33,949 nucleotides of DNA from Pseudothermotoga sp. (GCA_041640575.1 JBEPZZ010000016.1:1-33949); one strand, 5' to 3'. Positions 1 to 9,297 are shown, counted from the stretch's first letter. Notes: generated by a model from the letters alone, not told the origin. A program made the numbers and translations.

Positions 1-921
1 CTTTTCTGGTCTTACAAATCAGTAAATCACTGTCCCATGGGTGCAGCAGCGATAACAACTACAGGATTTGGGATAGACAGAGAAATGGTTGCAGAATATC
101 TTGGTTTTGAAAGACCACTTCAGAACTCCTATCGTGCGATAGTAACGCACAATTGGTTATTCTTTCCTTCAATTTCAATTCAGGCAATTCTTCTTACCTT
201 GTCAAGATTACTTGCAGATCTGTCTCACAAGAGCTCTTCTGAGGTTGGCATAATAGATTTTCCAGACGATCTTATTCAGATCAGCAGTATAATGCCTCAG
301 AAAAGAAATCCAGTTATACTTGAACACGCCAGAATACGAGTTAATAAATCGCTTGAGCTCTTAAATTCTGTTGCAAGAATTTTCAGTAATATTCCGTATC
401 AAGACGTGAACGAAATAGGTGACGAAATCTTGTTCACTTTTCTTGGTACTATGGAAACAGTTCATGAAGCTATAGAACTTTTCAAAGAGATCGTAAGGAA
501 AATGAGGATCAATGTCAGTAGGGTGAAACAAATTGCATTGAAAATGGGAGCGACAACCACTGAACTGGCTGATGAACTTGTACGAAAGTATGAGATAGAT
601 TTCCGAACAAGTCATCGAAAAGTCTCAGACTGTGTAAAAAAAGGCATGGATTATGAAGTTTTTATACAACTTCTTTCAGAAACTTTTGGAGAAAAGTCAT
701 CAATGAGTAAGGAAGAGTTCTTCGATATTCTTTCGGTGGAACATTTTGTGAAAGTTCGCAGAACCTACGGTGGTCCTAGCAAGCAAACTATGAAAGAGGC
801 CTTAAAAAATTACAGAAAGAACTTGTTGGCTGCTAAAAGAAAGATCAAAGGTTTTCAGGAAAAACTTCTAGAAAGCAAGGCAAAACTTGACAATGAATTC
901 CAACAAATGTTATACACATAA
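1..921 (+). CDS. argH: Argininosuccinate lyase / fumarase-aspartase superfamily protein (5' truncated by window edge)
   Basis: Frame is open from base 1. Superfamily signature SSIMPQKRNP; also CPMGAAAITTTGF-x-IDR and TELADELV...FRTSH motifs typical of ArgH-like proteins. Confidence 0.8.
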   Translation, partial: LFWSYKSVNHCPMGAAAITTTGFGIDREMVAEYLGFERPLQNSYRAIVTHNWLFFPSISIQAILLTLSRLLADLSHKSSSEVGIIDFPDDLIQISSIMPQKRNPVILEHARIRVNKSLELLNSVARIFSNIPYQDVNEIGDEILFTFLGTMETVHEAIELFKEIVRKMRINVSRVKQIALKMGATTTELADELVRKYEIDFRTSHRKVSDCVKKGMDYEVFIQLLSETFGEKSSMSKEEFFDILSVEHFVKVRRTYGGPSKQTMKEALKNYRKNLLAAKRKIKGFQEKLLESKAKLDNEFQQMLYT

Positions 922-937
922 AGTACAAAGAGAACTA

Positions 938-1558
938 CTAAAAAAGCACACTCAGCGAAATCAAAAATTGTGCTGTAAAGTAAGTGGCAAGCACAATTAC
1001 ATGTCTTGCTGGTAGTGCCCTAACAAATTTGTCGTATGCCAAATAAAAATCAGATAAAACAAACAATCCTGCACCAATCGGCAAAAGTATTTTGAAATAA
1101 TCAGCTTGCGTATAAAATGGTCCAAATGAAAAAGCAAGCATTGTTGCTATAGCAAAAACATAGCCTCCAACACCTAAACGAAGACTACCAAGATTTTTAT
1201 ACAAAAACAGTATGTACAAGGTACCCAGAAAAATATAAATTATCGAGAAAACCCAAAACTTAGGAATCGCAAAACTCAAAGCAAAGCCTAAGGAATAGAA
1301 TACATGCCCAACCAAAAAGGATAGCATCCCAAAAACGAAAGTCTTAGAATTTTCGAGAAAAATATCACCAAAGACTCCGCAAATTAATCCAGCAACTATA
1401 AGCCATTCATAACCATTGGCATTCAGCGCAGCCAGCACAACTGCGCAAGTAGTAGTTAATGCTTTGTAAAACACAGCGGGCTTTTCCTTACTCTTTAGAC
1501 TGATAGTTATCCAACCAAATACAGTCATCAAAAGTGCAGTTGGAAAGATCAAAAACAT
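938..1558 (-). CDS. YhhN/TMEM86-family lysoplasmalogenase-like membrane protein
   Basis: Highly hydrophobic 206 aa with YKAL, GDIFLE, FLVGHVFY, LFVLSD and TYFTAQ motifs typical of YhhN. Confidence 0.85.
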   Translation of the reverse strand: MFLIFPTALLMTVFGWITISLKSKEKPAVFYKALTTTCAVVLAALNANGYEWLIVAGLICGVFGDIFLENSKTFVFGMLSFLVGHVFYSLGFALSFAIPKFWVFSIIYIFLGTLYILFLYKNLGSLRLGVGGYVFAIATMLAFSFGPFYTQADYFKILLPIGAGLFVLSDFYLAYDKFVRALPARHVIVLATYFTAQFLISLSVLF

Positions 1559-1587
1559 TTTAGAACCCCCCAGATAAATCTTTCATA

Positions 1588-2538
1588 TTACGCCTTTGAC
1601 GCCATTATTTCGAAGAAGTTTTTCAGAAAGTACGATAGAACACCAGCTGCAACTGGTACTTGTGTCCAACCGGCGACGACTTTATAAACAATCCTCGGGT
1701 TATTCAAACGTTCACCTCTAGCAAACCCAGCACCAATCACACTTCCAACAATTGCCTGAGTAGCTGCAACTGGTATGCCAACTAAGCTGAAGATCCACAC
1801 GGTAACTGATTGTGCAAGCACCGCGATGACGGACGAAAAATGATCCAACCTTACCAAGTCTCTGCCCACAGTGATCATAACTCGACTGCTGAAAGTCAGA
1901 ATCCCAAGTGCAATGCTTAGACCGCCTATCAGAGCAGCTTGTCGAATGCTCAACAGATTACCAACGAAAACTCCTGTGACATTCGCTACATTGTTAGCTC
2001 CAAGGGAATAAACTCCATAGATACCTGCGACCCATCCAAGAGTTCGTATGATGAAATCTTGATACTGTACCCTTCGAAATTTCTTCAAAATATGTGACAA
2101 AAGAAAATACAACAGAAAACTAATGAACATCGCAGTGAACGGCGTCAAAATCCAAGCAGTAAAGAATTTTACAAGATCAGACCATTCGAAACCAGTGATT
2201 CCTCGGCTTTTAGCGCCGATCCCAATTATTGCACCGATTATCGCTTGTGAAGCAGAAGCTGGCAGTTTCAACCAAGTCATTGTCGTAACAACAAAAGCTG
2301 CCGACAGCAATGCACAAGAAGCATCCATCACTGAGAACTTGGCGAGTGAACCTATATTTCTCAATCCTGGCGCACCGCCAAGGACTGCTCCCAAAACTAC
2401 GAAGATGGCACCGATTATAATTGCTTTTCGATGACTCATCAATCCGCTACCAACAGATGGCCCAAAACTGGCACAAGAAGCATTAGCTCCCAGCGACCAT
2501 CCGAAGAAAACTGCCGGTAACAAATACAGCAGAATCAA
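1588..2538 (-). CDS. PiT (PHO4)-family anion permease
   Basis: Two internal repeats with GAN motifs (GANASC, GANNVAN) and P-x-S/A-x-S/T-QAI-x-G motifs. TTG start with GAGGTG SD. Confidence 0.85.
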   Translation of the reverse strand: MILLYLLPAVFFGWSLGANASCASFGPSVGSGLMSHRKAIIIGAIFVVLGAVLGGAPGLRNIGSLAKFSVMDASCALLSAAFVVTTMTWLKLPASASQAIIGAIIGIGAKSRGITGFEWSDLVKFFTAWILTPFTAMFISFLLYFLLSHILKKFRRVQYQDFIIRTLGWVAGIYGVYSLGANNVANVTGVFVGNLLSIRQAALIGGLSIALGILTFSSRVMITVGRDLVRLDHFSSVIAVLAQSVTVWIFSLVGIPVAATQAIVGSVIGAGFARGERLNNPRIVYKVVAGWTQVPVAAGVLSYFLKNFFEIMASKA

Positions 2539-2685
2539 TTGTTACCACCTCAGTTCAATTAATTGATGTATAACGTATTTTACATCAAACGAGTATGAAA
2601 GTTGCAAGACTTTCTCTAGAACAGCAGAAATTCCATTCGATTGTTTGTACTCGTAACGGTTGTTAACATAAAAATTCTAGGTTTA

Positions 2686-2694
2686 TGCTACAAT
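2686..2694 (+). promoter_or_regulatory. Extended -10 promoter element (TG-c-TACAAT) for the riboswitch/MoxR operon
   Basis: TGCTACAAT ends 6 nt before the first G of the fluoride aptamer at 2701. Confidence 0.65.
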
Positions 2695-2700
2695 GTTGTT

Positions 2701-2747
2701 GGCGATGGAGTCCGCCATATAATTGCCGCACGGCTGATGACTCCTAC
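2701..2747 (+). ncRNA. Fluoride riboswitch aptamer (crcB motif)
   Basis: GGCGATGGAGTCCGCC-ATATAATT-GCCGCACGGC-TGATGACTCCTAC. P1 GGCG(2701-04)/CGCC(2713-16); P2 GCC/GGC (2725-34); pseudoknot GGAGTC(2707-12)/GACTCC(2739-44); conserved GAUG and CUGAUG...CUAC nucleotides. Confidence 0.93.
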
Positions 2748-2768
2748 CCATTGGGGTAGGAGTTTTTT
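2740..2768 (+). terminator. Intrinsic terminator acting as riboswitch expression platform
   Basis: 10-bp stem ACTCCTACCC/GGGTAGGAGT, loop ATTG, then T-tract. The 5' arm overlaps the aptamer pseudoknot strand. Confidence 0.9.
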
Positions 2769-2776
2769 ATTGAGGA

Positions 2777-3478
2777 GTGATGGCTCTGCAAGCTAAAAGC
2801 ATTGTTGAGTCCAAGATCCTGGATTGGCTTGAGATGAAAGAACCGGTTTGTCCAATATGCGGCATAATTAACGACGGTGTTGAGAAGTTTTTTGACAGCA
2901 TATTCTACGAACTTGTGAATGACCCTAAGGTAAGAAGTCAATTACGAGGTGGAATATGCGTCAAACATGCTGACCATATGCTTGATTTTCTTTCGAGACA
3001 TCCGGAACAAGGTATACTTGGCGTATCGATAATTTACGAAGACATCATTTCATTCACAATAGAACAGGTAAAAAACGATAACCAATCTCACAAAAATTGT
3101 GTTTTCTGCGAACATGAGGAAAATCTCGAGAAACTTTATCTCAATGGTTTTCAATCAATTCTTTCCCTGGATGACGGACTGAGAATTTACGAAAAGGCTG
3201 GTTCTGTTTTCTGTTTGAATCATTATGAGAATTTGAGAAAACTGCTGCCTCTTGATTCGTCTGAGAGGTTGAAATTGGCACAAGTAAAGAAGTTAGAGAC
3301 GTTAAAGCAACAATTAAAGACTGTAATCACAAAACACGATTACACGAACAAAGAACCAATGGGTTCAGAAGCCAGAGTTTACAGATACGTAGGCAAGTTA
3401 ATAGCAAATTTAAACACGGCAATAAGGAGGAATTGCAATGACAAATTTGGAAAAATTCGCAAAAAAGATTGTAGATAA
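2777..3478 (+). CDS. DUF6062-like protein with two CxxC...CxxH repeats (putative metal binding)
   Basis: CPIC...GICVKH and CVFC...FCLNH, plus KHDY near the C-terminus. Start is GTG 2777 or ATG 2780. Confidence 0.7.
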   Translation: MMALQAKSIVESKILDWLEMKEPVCPICGIINDGVEKFFDSIFYELVNDPKVRSQLRGGICVKHADHMLDFLSRHPEQGILGVSIIYEDIISFTIEQVKNDNQSHKNCVFCEHEENLEKLYLNGFQSILSLDDGLRIYEKAGSVFCLNHYENLRKLLPLDSSERLKLAQVKKLETLKQQLKTVITKHDYTNKEPMGSEARVYRYVGKLIANLNTAIRRNCNDKFGKIRKKDCR

Positions 3479-4385
3479 CGTGTCAAAGGTTATCGTTGGT
3501 AAGCAAGAAGTTATTCAGAAAATCCTTGCCGCAATGTTGAGTGATGGACACGTACTTCTCAACGACGTACCAGGCGTTGGTAAAACGATGCTTGCAAGAG
3601 CTTTAGCTGCTTCAATCAATTTGTCATTCAACAGGATTCAATGTACTCCAGATCTTCTACCTAGCGATATCACTGGTTTGAATATCTTAGACACAAGAAA
3701 AAATGAGTTCGTCTTTAGAAAGGGGCCTATTTTTACTGACATACTCTTGGTTGACGAAATAAATCGTGCTACACCAAGGACACAATCAGCTTTACTCCAG
3801 GCGATGGCTGAAAAACAAGTAACAGTTGACGGCACAACATATCATCTTGCAGAACATTTCTTTGTGATAGCAACGCAAAACCCTGTTGAGTTCGAAGGTA
3901 CGTTTCCGCTGCCAGAGGCACAACTTGATAGATTTGCAATATGTCTCTCAGTTGGTTATCCAGATAAAGAACAGGAAGCAGAGATGCTCAAAAGAATGAA
4001 AAGAATTCATCCCATAGAAACAATTTCTCCAGTTTGTTCAGTTGATGAGTTAAATGAAGCAAAAAAAGAAGTTCGGAACGTTTACGTCGACGATTCAATT
4101 TTGGAGTACATCATAAGGATTATTACTCGAACCAGAAATTGTGAAGATCTTGCGCTTGGTGCAAGTCCGCGTGGAGCAATAGCCTTGATGCAGCTTTCAA
4201 GAGCGATAGCAGCAATCAGAGGTAGAGATTTCGTTTTGCCAGACGATGTCAAATCTATAGTAATAGATGTCATAGCACACAGAATAATTCTCAAACCCGA
4301 AGCAAGATTGATGAGAAAGACAAAGCAGGCTATCTTATCAGAAATTCTTGAAACCGAGGAGGCTCCTGTGAAAAGTGAAGCTTGA
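3438..4385 (+). CDS. moxR: MoxR-family AAA+ ATPase
   Basis: Walker A DVPGVGKT, RIQCTPDLLPSDITG, Walker B LLVDEINRA, ATQNPVEFEGTFPLPEAQLDRF, GASPRG. Confidence 0.95.
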   Translation: MTNLEKFAKKIVDNVSKVIVGKQEVIQKILAAMLSDGHVLLNDVPGVGKTMLARALAASINLSFNRIQCTPDLLPSDITGLNILDTRKNEFVFRKGPIFTDILLVDEINRATPRTQSALLQAMAEKQVTVDGTTYHLAEHFFVIATQNPVEFEGTFPLPEAQLDRFAICLSVGYPDKEQEAEMLKRMKRIHPIETISPVCSVDELNEAKKEVRNVYVDDSILEYIIRIITRTRNCEDLALGASPRGAIALMQLSRAIAAIRGRDFVLPDDVKSIVIDVIAHRIILKPEARLMRKTKQAILSEILETEEAPVKSEA

Positions 4386-5655
4386 ATTTGACCACGCTAG
4401 CTCGTCTTTAGGACCACTTCTTGGAATAAGTTTAGTCTGCACAGTTTGGATTGTTTTCACAGTCAACGTATTCTCGGTGCTAGCTGCTGTCTTCTGCACT
4501 TTTCTTTGGTTCGAGTACTTAAGAGTAAAGAAAATCTTGTCTTCACTAGTTGTGCAACGTGAGCCTTCAAAAACCAGATTGTTCACAAACCAAGATTTGC
4601 TTATAAAGCACGTGATTTTGTCTCCACTTGGAGACATTGACTTAACAATTAATTCGCAAATAAAAATAGCTGATCTCTTGACTTATACAGCATTAGAGAG
4701 AGTAGTTTTTTTAAGGAAGAACGAACCAGTGGAAATAACTGTTAAAACTTCCTTTGCAACACGAGGGAGAAAATTTTTAACCACTTTCTTTGTTGCATAT
4801 GAGCATCCGCTCTCACTATTCAAGATCTGGTGTCTTTACACTGCACATCAAGAAGTACTGGTTCTACCTAAAATCATGCATCTTGAAAGCTTTCCTTCTC
4901 GTTTGAGAGAGCTTATCCCTGGCAATATCTCTGATTTCAAGCTTCTCGAAGATCCTACATACATAAGAGGAGTAAGAGAATACAACAACGAACCTTTGAA
5001 CAAGGTGCACTGGAAAATATCAGCTAAACTTGGCTCACTTCAAGTTAAAGAACTTGATTACACAGCAATTAGCAATAATCTCATATATGTAGATCTTAAT
5101 CTTTCAAGGGAAATCTTTGCCAGAAATGTTTGGGCTCAAATAAGAATGCATTATGAAGAAGATGCCGTTTTGGTTGCCTCATCTATTCTGTACCTGCTTA
5201 CCAGAAACGGGAATTTTGTTGATCTGATTGTCGTTGGAAAAGAAGTTTTGAAAAGAGATTACAAGCCAACGTCAGATTGGGTTAGTGCCGTCGAACTTTT
5301 GGCGATAGCAAAAGGTGACGAAAACGGGCCACAACTTGTTGAAGAATTGGAGAAAGAACTAGAAAGGTTGACACCATCCACGACTCTGACTGTGATTTCA
5401 ATGTATCTAACAGATTCATTGTTACCCTTACTGATAAAAGCTAGGGCAAAGTGCGCGCGAGTTATGGTCTTTCTGATACCCTACGGTTTCAGAGATCCTA
5501 GATACAAGCCAAGCAGAACTTATGAAATGTACCCGATAGACATGCAAAGGCTTTTCGAAAAGGCGAAAATTCTGCAGAAAGAACAGATAATTGTTAACAT
5601 AGTTAAACCGAGTCAAACAATACAGGAGGTTTTCGATGAAATCCAAGGCTTTTGA
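4375..5655 (+). CDS. DUF58 domain (vWA-like) protein with N-terminal transmembrane segment
   Basis: GVREY...VHWKISAK...LQVKE DUF58 motif; standard position after moxR. Confidence 0.88.
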   Translation: MKLEFDHASSSLGPLLGISLVCTVWIVFTVNVFSVLAAVFCTFLWFEYLRVKKILSSLVVQREPSKTRLFTNQDLLIKHVILSPLGDIDLTINSQIKIADLLTYTALERVVFLRKNEPVEITVKTSFATRGRKFLTTFFVAYEHPLSLFKIWCLYTAHQEVLVLPKIMHLESFPSRLRELIPGNISDFKLLEDPTYIRGVREYNNEPLNKVHWKISAKLGSLQVKELDYTAISNNLIYVDLNLSREIFARNVWAQIRMHYEEDAVLVASSILYLLTRNGNFVDLIVVGKEVLKRDYKPTSDWVSAVELLAIAKGDENGPQLVEELEKELERLTPSTTLTVISMYLTDSLLPLLIKARAKCARVMVFLIPYGFRDPRYKPSRTYEMYPIDMQRLFEKAKILQKEQIIVNIVKPSQTIQEVFDEIQGF

Positions 5656-7033
5656 ATTGGGCATGATTTATCTTTGTATTGGTCTATTTGTAATCTATCT
5701 CACATCAGCCCTGCTACCAATATGGGCATCGATAGCTATATCAACAGTAGCAGTTCTTACAACAGTTATCTTGTCTGGTAACCTTGGATGTTCGATGATA
5801 CTTGCGCTCCCGATAATTTTTTTCGGCTCGATTTTCGTTGTTGGCCTTTTGAAACTTGATTTTGCTACCGCACTGTTTGTTAGCTTTTCAACAGTGCTTG
5901 TAATACTTATTTATACAGCTGAGAACTTCATCTCTATAACGGCAATGATAGGTTTGGGAGTTTATTTGACTTTCGTGAAATCGCACAACCCATTTTTTGA
6001 TTCATTGTTTTTTGCCACGGTAATATTGTGCTGGTATATCTCGAAAATGAAGAGAATAAAGCTAGGGAGATTGGCCCAATACTTATTGGTTGTATTGACT
6101 GTATCAATATTGGTTTCGAGATTAGATGTGTATCCACTGAAAACTCTTTTGACTCGGTTGCAACCATTTGAACAGACCTCTCGTCAAGAAATACAAATCG
6201 AGGAACAAATTTCAATCGGCACGAAAGCTTCGCGCCAATTCAGCACAGAAACAAGGCCTAATTGGTTGAACAAGCTTGTTGAGAAAATATGGATCCCACT
6301 GACTTTGCTCCTTTTTGGTGTATTTCTTTTCACCTTTGCCATTACAAACTTCGGTATAAAAGGTACATTGAGATTGCTCTTGCTAGGGGCTTTGTTCTTT
6401 ATAGCTTTCACTACTGTAGCTTCTATGATCTTTCGTTCAATTAAGCCAGGTTATGAACTGTTTCCACCGGAACAATCTTATGAGGTCAGATTAGAAGCTC
6501 AGCAAGGTGTTGAACAAGTAATGGTCAAGGAACAAAAAATCACCACTGAAGAATCATTCGAAACCGTTAGCTACAACTTGACGTTAATCCTTGATTTGCT
6601 AACTCTGAGCCTTTTGGTATTCATGACCATCTTGGTTGTGAATTATGTTCTAAAAAGCCGTCTGAAACTTGAGAATGAAAAAACCACAGCAAGGGGAGAA
6701 CAAATTCCACAAGATGTCGAACTGTATCCATTGGATAAGATTCCAGAATTTGTTCAAACCGAGGATTTTATAAAATCCGCATACTGGTGGTTAAGAAGAA
6801 AATACTTTCCAACTTTGCACCATTTGACGCCGCGCGAACTGATTGATTCAACTAATCTTCAAATCAAATCTTTTGAGGATTTAACATTGATCTACGAGAA
6901 AGTCAGATATGCTGGAAAAGGGATTGAAAAAGAAGAATTGGAAAAGTTTTACCAGGATCTACTCGAAACAGTTGCAGGAATCGAAAAAACAAGATTTAGT
7001 GAAGCTGATAAAGAAAAATCACAGGGGGTTTAA
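5636..7033 (+). CDS. Polytopic membrane protein with C-terminal DUF4129-like domain
   Basis: Many hydrophobic helices; C-terminal LTPRE...LTLIYEKVRY motif; usual partner of moxR-DUF58. Confidence 0.75.
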   Translation: MKSKAFELGMIYLCIGLFVIYLTSALLPIWASIAISTVAVLTTVILSGNLGCSMILALPIIFFGSIFVVGLLKLDFATALFVSFSTVLVILIYTAENFISITAMIGLGVYLTFVKSHNPFFDSLFFATVILCWYISKMKRIKLGRLAQYLLVVLTVSILVSRLDVYPLKTLLTRLQPFEQTSRQEIQIEEQISIGTKASRQFSTETRPNWLNKLVEKIWIPLTLLLFGVFLFTFAITNFGIKGTLRLLLLGALFFIAFTTVASMIFRSIKPGYELFPPEQSYEVRLEAQQGVEQVMVKEQKITTEESFETVSYNLTLILDLLTLSLLVFMTILVVNYVLKSRLKLENEKTTARGEQIPQDVELYPLDKIPEFVQTEDFIKSAYWWLRRKYFPTLHHLTPRELIDSTNLQIKSFEDLTLIYEKVRYAGKGIEKEELEKFYQDLLETVAGIEKTRFSEADKEKSQGV

Positions 7034-7043
7034 AACCCCCTGT
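7021..7043. terminator. Hairpin between convergent genes (putative bidirectional terminator)
   Basis: ACAGGGGGTT-TAA-AACCCCCTGT; lacks a clear U-tract. Confidence 0.7.
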
Positions 7044-7045
7044 AG

Positions 7046-8593
7046 TCATTCACGGACATACCTCTGCTGCGAATCGTAATTTTCTATAACACCGCCCAGC
7101 ACCTGTTGTATATACTCAACAACTGCATAGTCCATGGCAAAGCCTGTGTCATATCCTTTCAACCCTTTAAACATCGTATACCCATCTCCACCGCCTGCCA
7201 TGTAATCATTTGTGACAACTCTGTATGTCTTTGTTAGATCAATAGGTTGTCCTTTAATTCTAACGTCGGTGACTTTACCACCAACAGCCTTAAAAACAAT
7301 TCCAGAAACTTGCGGCCATGCACCTTGTCCAGGTTGTACTGTCGCAGCATATTCGAGGACTTTTAGGAGTTGTTCTCCAGTCATTTCAAGAACATACAAT
7401 CTGTTGCCGAACGGAAGAACAGTAAGGATATCCCTTATTGTGATCTTTCCAGCCTTTATTGACGCTCTGATACCACCACCATTTGTTATGGCTACATCAG
7501 CTCCGGCCTTCCACGCCATTGCATCGGCGATAAGATTTGCAAGATTTGTAGACTTCGATCTAACGTTTGCCCTTTCCCCGTCAAGCAAAATCTTAGTTTC
7601 ACCGATGACAGTATCGAGCTTTTCTGAGCCAAGAGCTTTGAAATAATCTAGGACTGTTTTTACATAAAAATGCTCTTGATAGGGTTTGCCAACGAATTCA
7701 TATATATCCTTTCCTTCCGCGTCTTTACCTTTGTGAATCTTCAAATTAACGGGTATTGGTCTCCAGTTCCAGGAAATTATCTTTCCATTTTCAATTTCAA
7801 GGTCCAATCTTCCAACGACCTTACCCCATTCCCATGCTTGAGCCAATATCACACCATTAACAATCTCAGCTTGCTCCATTCTTGTATGACTATGGCCATC
7901 AATTATGACGTCGATTCCGGCAACGTTCTTTGCAAGTTGTCTACTAGTTGTCTTACCTGGACCTTCGGGTTCAACTCCAAGATGTGTCAGTGCTATCACG
8001 ATATCAGCTTGTTTGCGAAGTTCTGGAACCAGCGATTTACTTACCTCAATCGCATTTGAGAAAGTTGCACCAGCTAGGTGAAGAGGTTCGAGCACAGCCG
8101 TTTCCTCAGTTATCAAACCGAAGATTGCAACTTTCAAGTTTGGAAATTCCTTTATAATGTAAGCTTTTGGTTTAACTATCCCTTCTGGATCACTGAAATT
8201 TGCACAAAGGAATGGGAAGTTTGCAAGTTTCATTTGCTTTGCAAGAACCGTTTTTGGATTATCGAATTCATGGTTTCCCAAGACCACAGCATCCAGCTTC
8301 ATCATGTTAAGTGAAACAATATCTGGAGCAGCATCAAGCTGATCAGATTCCGGTACACCAGTGTTAAAGTCTCCAGCATGCAAAAAGAGAACATAACCAC
8401 CCTGCGCCTCAACTTCTTTGCGTACTTCCTCAACAATCGTCGCAATTGCTGCAAATCCACCTATGTTTGGGTTGTTGGTCTCGTTAAATGGCCAGGCTCT
8501 ACCGTGTGTGTCGTTGATGTGAAGAATAGTGAGTTTTGCAGAGAAGGTAAGAACCACAAGGATGAGTAACAACAAGATTAACAATCTTTTCAT
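7046..8593 (-). CDS. Secreted 5'-nucleotidase / UDP-sugar hydrolase (metallophosphoesterase plus C-terminal domain)
   Basis: Signal peptide MKRLLILLL...; LHINDTHG, AGD, GNHEFD, GHSH, NGGGIRA, GGDGY motifs. Confidence 0.93.
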   Translation of the reverse strand: MKRLLILLLLILVVLTFSAKLTILHINDTHGRAWPFNETNNPNIGGFAAIATIVEEVRKEVEAQGGYVLFLHAGDFNTGVPESDQLDAAPDIVSLNMMKLDAVVLGNHEFDNPKTVLAKQMKLANFPFLCANFSDPEGIVKPKAYIIKEFPNLKVAIFGLITEETAVLEPLHLAGATFSNAIEVSKSLVPELRKQADIVIALTHLGVEPEGPGKTTSRQLAKNVAGIDVIIDGHSHTRMEQAEIVNGVILAQAWEWGKVVGRLDLEIENGKIISWNWRPIPVNLKIHKGKDAEGKDIYEFVGKPYQEHFYVKTVLDYFKALGSEKLDTVIGETKILLDGERANVRSKSTNLANLIADAMAWKAGADVAITNGGGIRASIKAGKITIRDILTVLPFGNRLYVLEMTGEQLLKVLEYAATVQPGQGAWPQVSGIVFKAVGGKVTDVRIKGQPIDLTKTYRVVTNDYMAGGGDGYTMFKGLKGYDTGFAMDYAVVEYIQQVLGGVIENYDSQQRYVRE

Positions 8594-8859
8594 TCAATCA
8601 CCTCCAGGAAAATTATAGTTCAAACGGTATCAAAAAGATGTTCGAAATTCATATAAAAACTTAAAACTTTTCAGTAACCTTTGAATTCTATAAACCATAT
8701 ACCAAAGTAAGGTTTTCAGAGATTCGTTTACAGCTTATATTATTATTATTATGTTACGTTTGGATGCTTTAAGTTAACTTTCCTGAAATTACAGCAAATA
8801 TTTGAAAGTTTTTCATTGCTTAAAAATAAAATGATAGAATTTAGATAGGAGGTGAGAAA

Positions 8860-9252
8860 ATGCCTTTATCTAATCACATTCAAAGTGCTGATTGGAAAGC
8901 GGAAAAGCACGTTCCAGTGATCGAATGCGCCGATACCGTAAAGGCAAACGAATGGTTTGAAGTAAAAGTTTCGGTTGGTAAAGAGATACCTCATCCAAAC
9001 ACAACTGAACATCACATTAAGTGGATTAAACTGTTTTTCATGCCTGAAGGAGAAAAGTTCATATATGACGTTGCCACATTTGAATTCAATGTACACGGCG
9101 AATCTGTAGCTGGTGCAAACCAAGGAAGTGTTTGGACTCATTCTGCAGGTGTTACGTGGATGAAAATCACTAAACCCGGAACAATTTATGCTCTTGCTTA
9201 CTGCAATATTCATGGACTGTGGGAGAGCAGTAAAGCAATCAAGGTTGAATGA
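8860..9252 (+). CDS. sor: Superoxide reductase (neelaredoxin, 1Fe-SOR)
   Basis: EKHVP, HPNTTEHHI and YCNIHGLW iron ligands; no desulforedoxin domain. Confidence 0.93.
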   Translation: MPLSNHIQSADWKAEKHVPVIECADTVKANEWFEVKVSVGKEIPHPNTTEHHIKWIKLFFMPEGEKFIYDVATFEFNVHGESVAGANQGSVWTHSAGVTWMKITKPGTIYALAYCNIHGLWESSKAIKVE

Positions 9253-9256
9253 ATGA

Positions 9257-9281
9257 GGTGCCGGTGTCCCGGCACCATTTT
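9257..9281 (+). terminator. GC-rich hairpin between sor and fprA (terminator/attenuator or stabiliser)
   Basis: GGTGCCGG-TGTC-CCGGCACC followed by ATTTT. Confidence 0.65.
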
Positions 9282-9297
9282 GTAAGGAGGTTCACAA

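Noticed and set aside
8735..8754. TTATATTATTATTATTAT tract upstream of sor resembling a PerR/Fur box
   Set aside because: It is a (TAT)n low-complexity run that matches AT-rich consensus boxes trivially and is not properly palindromic.
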